DNA of 64,000 nt from Planctomycetota bacterium. Its GTDB lineage: Bacteria > Planctomycetota > UBA1135 > UBA2386. The first letter of the stretch is position 1; each line of letters starts with the position of its first letter. The DNA lies in assembly GCA_046290465.1 (NCBI GenBank), contig JBKAGP010000001.1, positions 2,464,001-2,528,000 on the forward strand. Reading direction: 5' to 3'. The position numbers and the translations under genes were made by a program. Shown here in pieces: positions 32,647 through 41,106 of this stretch. The notes under the pieces are model-generated. The model searched no databases. It was given only the letters and a program-made list of their open reading frames with translations, and was not told the DNA's origin.

Positions 32647-33462
32647 ATGGTCGAGCAATCGAATACGACGGAGAAGTCGGGCAAGCGCGCCACCATCTTC
32701 GCAGTGACTTCCGGTAAGGGTGGCGTCGGCAAGACGTCGCTGTCGGTGAACGTCGCGTGCGAGTTCAGCCGGCGCGGCTACCGGACCATCATCATCGACA
32801 CCGACCTCGGCCTCGCCAACGCGCACATCCTCGCGGGCATCAAGCCGGAGAAGACGCTGTCGGACTACGTCAACGGCACGGCCGAGCTCGCGGACATCAT
32901 CGTTCCGGGTCCGGCCGGCGTGAAGTTCATCAGCGGCGGCAGCGGCGTGAAGGACATGGCCAACCTCGACGACAACGGCCGCGCCCAGATCTGCGTGGCG
33001 GTCGAGGACCTGGCGCCGTTCTGCGACGTCATCCTGCTCGACACGGGTGCCGGGGTCAGCAAGGGCGTGACGGACTTCGTCACGCTGGCCGACCAGACCG
33101 TGCTCGTGACCACCAGCAACTTCGCGGCGATCGCCGACGCGTACGGCATCGTCAAGGTCGTCGTGCAGGACGGCTACGACAAGCCGATCCACGCCGTCGT
33201 CAACCGCGTTCGCTCGCCGGAAGAGGCCGAGCAGGTGTTCCTGAAGTTGAAGGGCTGCACCGAGCGCTTTTTGGGGTTCGACCTCAACTGGCTCGGACTG
33301 CTGCCGGAAGATAGCTCCGTTGAGGGCGCCGTCTTGAAGCGGATGCCGTTCAGCGAAGCCTTCCCGGGCAGTGTGGCCGCGCGCTACCTCGCCAAGCTGG
33401 TTTCGGGCCTCGAACGCTACGTCGGGTCGCCCAAGCCGGTGCCGCAAGCCGCCAAGGACTGA
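32647..33462 (+). CDS. MinD/FlhG(FleN) family ATPase
   Basis: VTSGKGGVGKT, DTDLGLAN, GGSGV, DTGAG, IADAYG. Confidence 0.88.
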   Translation: MVEQSNTTEKSGKRATIFAVTSGKGGVGKTSLSVNVACEFSRRGYRTIIIDTDLGLANAHILAGIKPEKTLSDYVNGTAELADIIVPGPAGVKFISGGSGVKDMANLDDNGRAQICVAVEDLAPFCDVILLDTGAGVSKGVTDFVTLADQTVLVTTSNFAAIADAYGIVKVVVQDGYDKPIHAVVNRVRSPEEAEQVFLKLKGCTERFLGFDLNWLGLLPEDSSVEGAVLKRMPFSEAFPGSVAARYLAKLVSGLERYVGSPKPVPQAAKD

Positions 33463-33536
33463 TCGGGAGACACAAGGGAGAGCGGTCCGCCAGTGGCGCG
33501 CCGCATTGGGACCAACTGGGAAAGAGGGATTGAAGG

Positions 33537-33962
33537 ATGACCCGCACGACGAAGCAGGATGCGCAAAGCATGGATCAGGCGACGGGCAAGCTCGCGGCCA
33601 ACGAAGAGCAGTTCGGCCGTCAGGCCAACAAGGGGATTCTGGCCGACAAGGTCGCCGAGGAACTGAACGTTCCTCGTCGCACGGCCGCTCGCGTTCTGGA
33701 CGCCGTGCTGGACGCGGTCAGCGAACTGCTGCACAGCCGTGGCAAGGTCGCGGTCAAGGGCTTCGGCACGTTCGAGCGCCGCATCCGCAAGGGTCGCGCC
33801 TACAAGCACCCGCTGACGGGTGAGAGCATCGACGTCGCCAACAAGGAGACGATCATCTTCAAGCCGAGCGACCAGCTGATCGCCGAGACCCGCACCAACG
33901 CGGCGCCGAAGGCCAAGAAGCCGGCCGGCACCCCGACCGACGGCATCCTGTTCAAGGGCTAG
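33537..33962 (+). CDS. HU/IHF family DNA-binding protein
   Basis: VKGFGTFE..RKGR..HPLTGE..FKPS. Confidence 0.88.
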   Translation: MTRTTKQDAQSMDQATGKLAANEEQFGRQANKGILADKVAEELNVPRRTAARVLDAVLDAVSELLHSRGKVAVKGFGTFERRIRKGRAYKHPLTGESIDVANKETIIFKPSDQLIAETRTNAAPKAKKPAGTPTDGILFKG

Positions 33963-34071
33963 GTCGAAGCAGACGAGATCCTCGTGACGAGGAGGCAGGC
34001 GCCAGCCCGCCTCCTCGTTTCGTATCCGGAGAAGGTTCTCGACGGCGCCGCCCCGAGCTATCGTTCCGACC

Positions 34072-34974
34072 GTGACCGCGCCCGAGGAATACCTGGCCGC
34101 AGCCGTGCAGTTCGACGTCGTCGCCGGCGACGTCGACGCCAACGTTGCCGCGATGCACAGCGGCATCGACGAGGCCGTCGCCGCCGGCGCGCGCCTGTGC
34201 GTGCTGCCGGAGATGTGGTCGACGTCGTTCCTGACCGAGTTCGACGATGCGCTGTTCGACGCGGCGCGCGAGGCCGACGAGGCGCTGCGCACGCAGTCAG
34301 AAGAGCACGCGCTGGTGGTCGTCGGCAGTTCGCTGGAGGCGCACGGCGGCAAGGTGTTCAACACCGCGCGGGTCTACGAACGGGGCGAACTGCGCGGCAG
34401 CTACCGCAAGATCCACCTGTTCTCGCCCAACCTCGAGCACCGCCACCACGCGGCCGGCAGCGAGCCGTGCGTGGTCGACACCGAGCTCGGCCGGCTCGGT
34501 GTGCTGATCTGCTACGACGTGCGCTTCCCCGAACTGGCGCGCTACTACTTCCACAGTGGTGTCGAGGTGCTGGTCGTGCCCGGCCAGTGGCCGGAGGCGC
34601 GCGGCCAGCACTGGCGTACGTTGCTGCGGGCGCGCGCGATCGAGAACGAGATGTTCGTGATCGGCTGCAACCGCACCGGCCAGGAGGAATCGCTGCGCAA
34701 CGGTGAGCCGATGCCGTTCCCCGGGGATGGCCGGATCATCGAACCGACCGGCGAGATCCTGGCGACCGGCAACGGCGACGCGGGCGCCGTGGTCGGCCCG
34801 ATCGAACTGCGCAAGGTGCGCACGATGCGGCGCATCCTGCCGGTGGCCGCCGACCTGCGTCCCGAGGTCTACCAGCGGCTGTTGACCGAGGCCTACGACG
34901 GCATGGTCGCCGGCACCCGCAACGAGACCGACGGCCAGCAGAAGGACGCGCGCAAGGCGCCGCCGAAGGCGTAG
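34072..34974 (+). CDS. Nitrilase/carbon-nitrogen hydrolase
   Basis: LPEMW, YRKIHLF, ICYDVRFPE (E-K-C triad), RARAIEN. Confidence 0.92.
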   Translation: MTAPEEYLAAAVQFDVVAGDVDANVAAMHSGIDEAVAAGARLCVLPEMWSTSFLTEFDDALFDAAREADEALRTQSEEHALVVVGSSLEAHGGKVFNTARVYERGELRGSYRKIHLFSPNLEHRHHAAGSEPCVVDTELGRLGVLICYDVRFPELARYYFHSGVEVLVVPGQWPEARGQHWRTLLRARAIENEMFVIGCNRTGQEESLRNGEPMPFPGDGRIIEPTGEILATGNGDAGAVVGPIELRKVRTMRRILPVAADLRPEVYQRLLTEAYDGMVAGTRNETDGQQKDARKAPPKA

Positions 34975-35034
34975 TCGACGCTGGCCTGATCGACGCTGGC
35001 CTGATCGACGAAGGCCTAATCGACGAAGGCCTGC
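34975..35034. repeat. Four imperfect 15-bp tandem repeats spanning the sigma gene stop
   Basis: TCGACGCTGGCCTGA x2, TCGACGAAGGCCTAA, TCGACGAAGGCCTGC. Confidence 0.85.
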
Positions 35035-36233
35035 AGCCGGCGCAGCTTGCTCGGCCGCTTGATGCGACCCAGCGCCGCGTTCTGCAGCTGCCGCACGCGC
35101 TCGGCGGTGATGCCGAGGTCCTGCGCGATCTCACCGAGCGTCTCCGGTTCGTCGCCGTCCAGGCCGAAGCGTCGGCGCAGGATGCCCTGCTCGCGCTGCG
35201 GCAGGTCCGACATGACGTCCTCGAGCACCGCGCCGAGGTCGCCGACCGGGATCGCCTCGGGCACCGGCACCTGATCTTCGTCGGGCAGCAGCTGGCCCAG
35301 GTTGGCGCCGTCGTCGCCGCCGATCTCGGCGTCGAGGCTGACCGCGTAGCGCCGCGTCGACAGCACCCACTCGACCTTCGACTCCGGCACGTCGATGCGC
35401 TCGGCGATCTCGGCAGGCGTCAGTTCGCGGCCCTCGCGGCGGCCGGCCTCCTGCGCGCGGCGGATCTTGCCGAGCACCTTCTGCACCCAGATCGGCACCC
35501 GAACGGTCCGGGAGCTGTTGTAGAGCATCTTCAGCACCGCCTGGTGCACCCAGTACTGCGCGTAGGTCCGGAAGCGCACGTCGCGGCGCCAGTCGAAGCC
35601 GTCGATGGCCTGGAACAGCGAGGCGTTGCCCTCCTGCACCAGGTCCTGCGAGTCGACGCCGAGGTTGCGGTAGCGGTTGACGGTGCTGAGCACGATGTAG
35701 AGGGCGCCCTCGACGTAGAGGTTCCGCAGGTCCTCGAACTGCAGGATCATCCGTTCGAGCCAGGCGCGCCCGATGGGGCTGCGGCCTTCGCTCTGCTCGG
35801 GGCGATCGGCGAGTTCGGCGAGCATCCGGTTGGACGGCTGCTTCAGCAGCTCGAGCGCGCGCGCCTCTTCGATGCCGAAGCGGCCCAGGCCCATGACCAG
35901 CAGGTCGCGCAGGAACTCGTGGCGGCGCGCCATGCGGAACTCCTCCTCGCGATCCATCGGGGCGATGCGCTTGAGGTCGGCGGAGTAGAGCGCGTCGCGG
36001 ATGTCAGGAAGGTCCGGGGCGCCTGCCAGGCTGACAGCGTCGATCCGTTCCTGGCGGTAGGCCTCGAGATCCAGATGCGCCTCGGCCTTGGCGAACAGAC
36101 GGGCGAGCTTCTTTACGTTGGCACCGAACTGGTCGGTTTCGACGTCGAGCCACGTGTCCAGCTCGGAGAACGCAACCTGCTGTTGCGACTGGAGCTTCGG
36201 AAGCGAGCGACGGAGGATCTTGGCTAGCACCAT
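35016..36233 (-). CDS. Sigma70 family factor (RpoD/RpoS-like, probably alternative)
   Basis: DLVQEGN, FDWRR..FRTYA, RTVRVP, SLDAEIG, TLGEIA..TAERVRQL; region 2 diverges from the primary RpoD consensus. Confidence 0.9.
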   Translation of the reverse strand: MVLAKILRRSLPKLQSQQQVAFSELDTWLDVETDQFGANVKKLARLFAKAEAHLDLEAYRQERIDAVSLAGAPDLPDIRDALYSADLKRIAPMDREEEFRMARRHEFLRDLLVMGLGRFGIEEARALELLKQPSNRMLAELADRPEQSEGRSPIGRAWLERMILQFEDLRNLYVEGALYIVLSTVNRYRNLGVDSQDLVQEGNASLFQAIDGFDWRRDVRFRTYAQYWVHQAVLKMLYNSSRTVRVPIWVQKVLGKIRRAQEAGRREGRELTPAEIAERIDVPESKVEWVLSTRRYAVSLDAEIGGDDGANLGQLLPDEDQVPVPEAIPVGDLGAVLEDVMSDLPQREQGILRRRFGLDGDEPETLGEIAQDLGITAERVRQLQNAALGRIKRPSKLRRLQAFVD

Positions 36234-36489
36234 GGCACTGTTCGGGGTAGGGGTCGCATGTGATACGACGGCCACACGCGAGCGAAGCTTCGCTGCCGTG
36301 CGGAAACCGGACGCACATACCCCCGAAAGCGAACAACAACCGTGCCCGTTGTCCGCGTTCGGGGCCGAAAGGCCCTCTGGGCGGGCGGAAACGGCCCTTT
36401 GCAGGGGGAGCACAGGTGCGGCAGAAATCCCCTCTATACCCGGCGAGCAACGGCCGGGCAGCGCGCGTTCGCGGTGCGGTCCGCGCCGC

Positions 36490-37422
36490 CTACTTCTTGC
36501 GCATCAGCAGCAGCACGATGACCAGCAGGATCGCGCCCCCGCCGACGATCAGCATCGTCGGGAAGCCGCCCTCCTCGGTCGAGGCCATCGGCAGGTCGTC
36601 GACCGGGTCGCTGGTCTCCGTCTCGACCGGCTCGCGCGGCTGCGGCGGCGCGACGGTGTTGGCGTTGCCGCTCATCGCATCGGGCTTCTGGCTGCCGGCG
36701 GGCCCGACGTTGTCGCCGTTGGCGGCGCTCGGCGGCGTCACCGGCTCGGCCCGCTCCGTCTGGTCCTCGCGCATCTTGCGCCCCTCGACCTCGGGATCGG
36801 CGTACGGCGCGACCTCGACCTGCGCCTGCACGCGCTCGATGAAGCGCCCCACGGCCTGGGCGGTGCGGCCGTCGTAGATGTCGAACTCGAGGTCCACCGC
36901 GACCTGCGCCTTGTCGCCGAGCTTGGCCTCCGGCGTCAGCGTCACCGGCACCTCGAACACGGCGGTGTTCTCGTAGACCGGGCGGCCGCGGTAGGCCTCG
37001 TGGATCGTGCCGACCTGGGCGGGCCGCGCCAGCAGGCTGCCGACCTGGACCAGCTTGCTCGGCTGCGCGGTCATCGCGACCTGCGACGGCGCCGGCATCA
37101 CCGAGCGCCCCTGCAGGACAGCGGTGATCAGCATCGTGCCCGACTGCCCGGGCAGCAGCTTCGGCGGGCGCATCGCCGTGACGAAGCGGCACTGGCCGCG
37201 CGAGCCACGGCGCTTGCGCGCCTCCAGGATCTCCTCCGCGGTCATCGGCTTCGATTCCCCGATCTCCCCGTCGCGCTGCGCCTGGCGCTTCTGCGCGAGC
37301 TTGTTGCGCCGCGCCTCCAGTTCGGCCTGCAGGTCGCCGGACCCCTCCTGCGCAGGGAGCGCGGAGACGAGGCTGGCGAGAGCGGCGAGGATCAGCGAGA
37401 GCTTGGGAAGGCGAAACGTCAT
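36490..37422 (-). CDS. Hypothetical secreted protein with C-terminal TM anchor
   Basis: Signal peptide, beta-rich middle, Pro/acidic linker, hydrophobic helix ending MRKK. Confidence 0.7.
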   Translation of the reverse strand: MTFRLPKLSLILAALASLVSALPAQEGSGDLQAELEARRNKLAQKRQAQRDGEIGESKPMTAEEILEARKRRGSRGQCRFVTAMRPPKLLPGQSGTMLITAVLQGRSVMPAPSQVAMTAQPSKLVQVGSLLARPAQVGTIHEAYRGRPVYENTAVFEVPVTLTPEAKLGDKAQVAVDLEFDIYDGRTAQAVGRFIERVQAQVEVAPYADPEVEGRKMREDQTERAEPVTPPSAANGDNVGPAGSQKPDAMSGNANTVAPPQPREPVETETSDPVDDLPMASTEEGGFPTMLIVGGGAILLVIVLLLMRKK

Positions 37423-37574
37423 GCTGGCAAGGGCCCGAAGGAACGGGGCGGCGAATGCTACCCGGTGGAAGCGGGCTTTCGACGGCGCGCGGCGACAGAA
37501 CTTCCCGAACCGGGTCCTCGTAAGCGCTACGGCCCCTTGATATGGCCCCATTCCGTGGCTATTTACGCCGCTTC

Positions 37575-38663
37575 ATGTCAGCCGAAGCGACCGTATCCGA
37601 AGCCCAGGTCCTCGACGCCCTGCGCGCCGTGCAGGATCCCGACCTCCACAAGGACATCGTAAGCCTCGGCTTCATCAAGGAGTTGCGCATCTGCGGCGGC
37701 AGCGTCGCGTTCCAGATCGAGCTGACGACGCCGGCCTGTCCGGTCAAGGACCTGATGAAGGCGCAGGCGGAGTCGGCGGTGAAGGCGCTGCCCGGCGTGG
37801 CCGGCGTCGACATCGAGATGACCGCGCAGGTCACGGCCAGCCGTCCGGTGCTCGGCGAGAAGGGCACCATCCCCGGCGTCAAGAACGTCATCGCGGTGTC
37901 GTCCGGCAAGGGCGGCGTCGGCAAGTCGACCGTCGCCGTCAACCTCGCCTGCGCGCTCGCCAAGACCGGCGCGCGCGTCGGCATCCTCGACGCCGACGTC
38001 TACGGCCCCAACGTGCCGCTGATGCTCGGCGTCAAGGGCGTCGAACCGCAGGTCGTGCAGGAGACGATCAACGGCGAGACCGTCAAGCGCATCCTGCCGT
38101 TCGAGGCGCACGGCATGCAGATGATCTCGATGGGCCTGCTGGTCGCCGAGGACCAGGCGGTCATCTGGCGCGGGCCGATGCTGCACTCGGCCGTGCGACA
38201 GTTCTTGTTCGAGGTCGCGTGGAACGACGTCGACTACCTGGTCGTCGACCTGCCGCCGGGCACCGGCGACGCGCAGCTGTCGCTGAGCCAGCAGGCGCAC
38301 CTGATGGGATCGGTCATCGTCACGACCCCGCAGGACGTCTCGGTGCTCGACGTCAAGAAGGCGATCCGCATGTTCCAGACCGTCAACGTGCCGATCCTCG
38401 GCGTCGTCGAGAACATGGCGTGGTTCCAGCCGCCCGGCAGCGACGAGCGCTACCACCTGTTCGGCGAAGGCGGCGGCAAGCGCATCGAAGAACAGTTCGG
38501 CGTGCCGCTGCTCGGCCAGATCCCGATCGAGATCGCGGTGCGCGAAGGCGGCGACGGCGGCAAGCCGATCGTGATGTCCGCGCCCGAGTCGGCCAGCGCC
38601 AAGGCGATCGAGGAGATCGCCGGCAAGCTCGCCCAGCGCGTCAGCGTGCTCAACGCCGAATAG
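37575..38663 (+). CDS. apbC: Mrp/NBP35 Fe-S cluster carrier ATPase
   Basis: VQDPDL, TTPACP, SGKGGVGKS, DADVYGP, WRGPM, DLPPGTGD, VENM. Confidence 0.93.
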   Translation: MSAEATVSEAQVLDALRAVQDPDLHKDIVSLGFIKELRICGGSVAFQIELTTPACPVKDLMKAQAESAVKALPGVAGVDIEMTAQVTASRPVLGEKGTIPGVKNVIAVSSGKGGVGKSTVAVNLACALAKTGARVGILDADVYGPNVPLMLGVKGVEPQVVQETINGETVKRILPFEAHGMQMISMGLLVAEDQAVIWRGPMLHSAVRQFLFEVAWNDVDYLVVDLPPGTGDAQLSLSQQAHLMGSVIVTTPQDVSVLDVKKAIRMFQTVNVPILGVVENMAWFQPPGSDERYHLFGEGGGKRIEEQFGVPLLGQIPIEIAVREGGDGGKPIVMSAPESASAKAIEEIAGKLAQRVSVLNAE

Positions 38664-38670
38664 CGCGCCG

Positions 38671-39570
38671 CTACGCGTCGGCAGCCGCTGCCGGCTGCTG
38701 CTCGAGGAAGTCCTCGAGCTTCGGACGCGGCGCGGACGGTGTCGACGCGCACAGCCCCCACGACTCCAGCGTCGGGTTGCCGGGCCCGTCGGGCCGCAAC
38801 AGCGCCGCCGGCAGGTTGACGTGCACGTGGATCGGCACGCTGCCCTGGTCGCGGGGCTGTCGCAACCACTGCATCGATCCGTCCGGCTTGCGCATGCTCG
38901 AGCGCGGATGGAACGAGAAGTGCAAGAACCACAGCCCGGGCAGCCACAGCGTGTGCGGCGACGACTGGATGTACTGGTCGCCGGTCTCGACGAACCCGTG
39001 CATGCCCCACTCGAGCCCGTTGCCGCGCAGGTTCTGCAGCGACGTGATCCGGACCAGGTAGTTGTAGGCGGAGTGGTCGGTGTCCGACTGCAGGTAGTCC
39101 GCCGGCCGGCAGCTGTCCGGCCCGGCGAAGCCTGGGCAGATCGGCCGCATGCCGATGTTCTTGACCAGCACGCCGTCGGTCGGCGTGTGGTCCATCGCCC
39201 GGCCGTGGTTCTGCGGCGGGTCGTTGAGCGGCGGGAAGTGCTCGTGCACCTCGAGCAGCTTGCGCGAGAACCCCAACACGTCGTCGGAGTAGACCTCGTC
39301 GCCGTCGAGCGTCAGCACGTGGGTCGCGCCGCGCCGGCGCGCCTCCGCGAGCATCGCCTCGCGGTTGTCGTGCTCGTTGTCGCCGCCGAAGCCCTCGAAC
39401 AGCGTCAGCTTGTCGCCCAGGTGCTTCATGCCCCGCACGATCTCCGGCGTGCGGTCCTCGCTGTGGTTGTCGAAGACGAGCACCTCGTCGACGTGGGGCG
39501 CTACCGAGGTGAGGGCGTACCAGATCCAGTACTCCTCGTTCTTGACCATCGAGATCGAAATGAGCTTCAT
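38671..39570 (-). CDS. Glycosyltransferase family 2
   Basis: MVKNEE, FDNHSEDRT, LDGDE (DxD). Confidence 0.8.
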   Translation of the reverse strand: MKLISISMVKNEEYWIWYALTSVAPHVDEVLVFDNHSEDRTPEIVRGMKHLGDKLTLFEGFGGDNEHDNREAMLAEARRRGATHVLTLDGDEVYSDDVLGFSRKLLEVHEHFPPLNDPPQNHGRAMDHTPTDGVLVKNIGMRPICPGFAGPDSCRPADYLQSDTDHSAYNYLVRITSLQNLRGNGLEWGMHGFVETGDQYIQSSPHTLWLPGLWFLHFSFHPRSSMRKPDGSMQWLRQPRDQGSVPIHVHVNLPAALLRPDGPGNPTLESWGLCASTPSAPRPKLEDFLEQQPAAAADA

Positions 39571-39715
39571 GCGCCGAGTTGCAATTCCAGAGCTGTCGGG
39601 ATCATCGACAGCCCCGGCATCCGCACTTGAGACCGCACCCTTGCCATGGGGCCCCCGATGGTCGAAATTCAGCGGCTCCCCGGGGCGCCCCTTCGGCGCC
39701 CACCCAATCTCAGAC

Positions 39716-40036
39716 ATGGTCACCGAACTCAACGACGCCGACTTCAAGAGCACCCTGGAATCCGCCACGACCCCGATCCTCGTCGATTTCTCGGCGAGCT
39801 GGTGCGCGCCCTGCAAGGCGCTCGCGCCGACGATCGACAAGGTCGCCGACGAATACGAGGGCAAGATGTCGGTCTACAAGGTCGACATCGACAACGCCCA
39901 GGAGACCGCCGCGAGCTTCGGCATCATGAGCGTGCCGACCTGCATCTTCTTCCGCGACGGCAAGGAAGTGGACCGCTTCATGGGCAACGTCGACCTGCGC
40001 ACCGTCAAGGGCCACGTCGATCGCGTGCTGGCCTGA
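39716..40036 (+). CDS. trxA: Thioredoxin
   Basis: DFSASWCAPCK, KVDID, IMSVPT; 106 aa. Confidence 0.95.
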   Translation: MVTELNDADFKSTLESATTPILVDFSASWCAPCKALAPTIDKVADEYEGKMSVYKVDIDNAQETAASFGIMSVPTCIFFRDGKEVDRFMGNVDLRTVKGHVDRVLA

Positions 40037-40072
40037 TCTTCCGCTGGCCTGATCTCCGCCGGAGCCGGCCGA

Positions 40073-40468
40073 CTAGCTACCGGCGGCCGGCAGCTTCGAC
40101 CGGCGCACGCGGCGCAAATGCACAAACAGCAGCGCCAGTCCGAGCGGCACGCTCGCCAGCCCCAGCAGCCAGCGATTCCGCTCGGCCCCGACCGCGATCG
40201 GCGCGACGCATCGAACCCCGCCGATCGTCGCCACGAACACGTGCTGGCCCGCGACCTGGGGCGTGAACCGCAACCGGCCGTCCTCGGCCGTGGCGCCGGC
40301 CGGCCGGTGCGAGCCGTCGGGCAGTTCGACCTCGACGACCACGGCGGCCGCCGGCATCGCCGCGTCGGTCGCAGTCACGACGACCTCCTTGCCGACCTGC
40401 GTCGGCATCGGACCGACCTGCAGTTGCTGCAGTGCGAACAGACAGGTCACAGCCAACACGGAACCCAC
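40073..40468 (-). CDS. Hypothetical exported/membrane protein
   Basis: N-terminal hydrophobic segment, beta-rich core, C-terminal TM helix with basic tail. Confidence 0.55.
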   Translation of the reverse strand: MGSVLAVTCLFALQQLQVGPMPTQVGKEVVVTATDAAMPAAAVVVEVELPDGSHRPAGATAEDGRLRFTPQVAGQHVFVATIGGVRCVAPIAVGAERNRWLLGLASVPLGLALLFVHLRRVRRSKLPAAGS

Positions 40469-40487
40469 GTCCCCTAGTCAACCCGCC

Positions 40488-41096
40488 GTGCCCGTCGAAG
40501 TCGAGAACCTCGGATCGCGCGCCTACGAGCCGGTGCTCGCCGCGATGCGCGAACGCCACGCCCAGGTCGCCGGCGGCGAACGTGACGGCGCCGTCTGGCT
40601 GGTCGAGCACGAGCCGGTCTACACCGCCGGCCGCGCCACCCCCGCGACGGACCTGCGCGACGGCATCGTGCCGATCGAACGCGGCGGGCAGATCACCTGG
40701 CACGGCCCCGGCCAGCTGACCATCTACCCGATCGTCCGGCTGCCGAAGCGCGACGTGCGCGACTGGCTGCGGCGCATCGAGCGGTTCGGGATGCGCATCG
40801 CGGAGTCGTTCGGCCTGGTCGCCGAACCGTCGGTCGACGGCACCGGCGTGTTCGTCGACGGCCGCAAGTTCGCCTCGATCGGCGTCGCCGTGAAGCGCTG
40901 GACCAACCTGCACGGCATTGGCGTCAACGTCGCCGTCGAGGGCTCGCCGTGGCACCAAGTGCGGCCGTGCGGCCTGTCGCCGGACATCATGACCGACCTC
41001 AGCGAGGCCGCGGGGCGCGCGATCACGATCGACGCCGCGGCCGCCGCCGCGCGCGATGCGGTTTCCGTGCTGACGGCCGACGCCGATCCGGTATGA
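40488..41096 (+). CDS. lipB: Lipoyl(octanoyl) transferase
   Basis: EHEPVYTAG, RGGQITWHGPGQL, KFASIG, HGIGVN, RPCG. Confidence 0.93.
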   Translation: MPVEVENLGSRAYEPVLAAMRERHAQVAGGERDGAVWLVEHEPVYTAGRATPATDLRDGIVPIERGGQITWHGPGQLTIYPIVRLPKRDVRDWLRRIERFGMRIAESFGLVAEPSVDGTGVFVDGRKFASIGVAVKRWTNLHGIGVNVAVEGSPWHQVRPCGLSPDIMTDLSEAAGRAITIDAAAAAARDAVSVLTADADPV

Positions 41097-41106
41097 CCAA
41101 GCGTCG

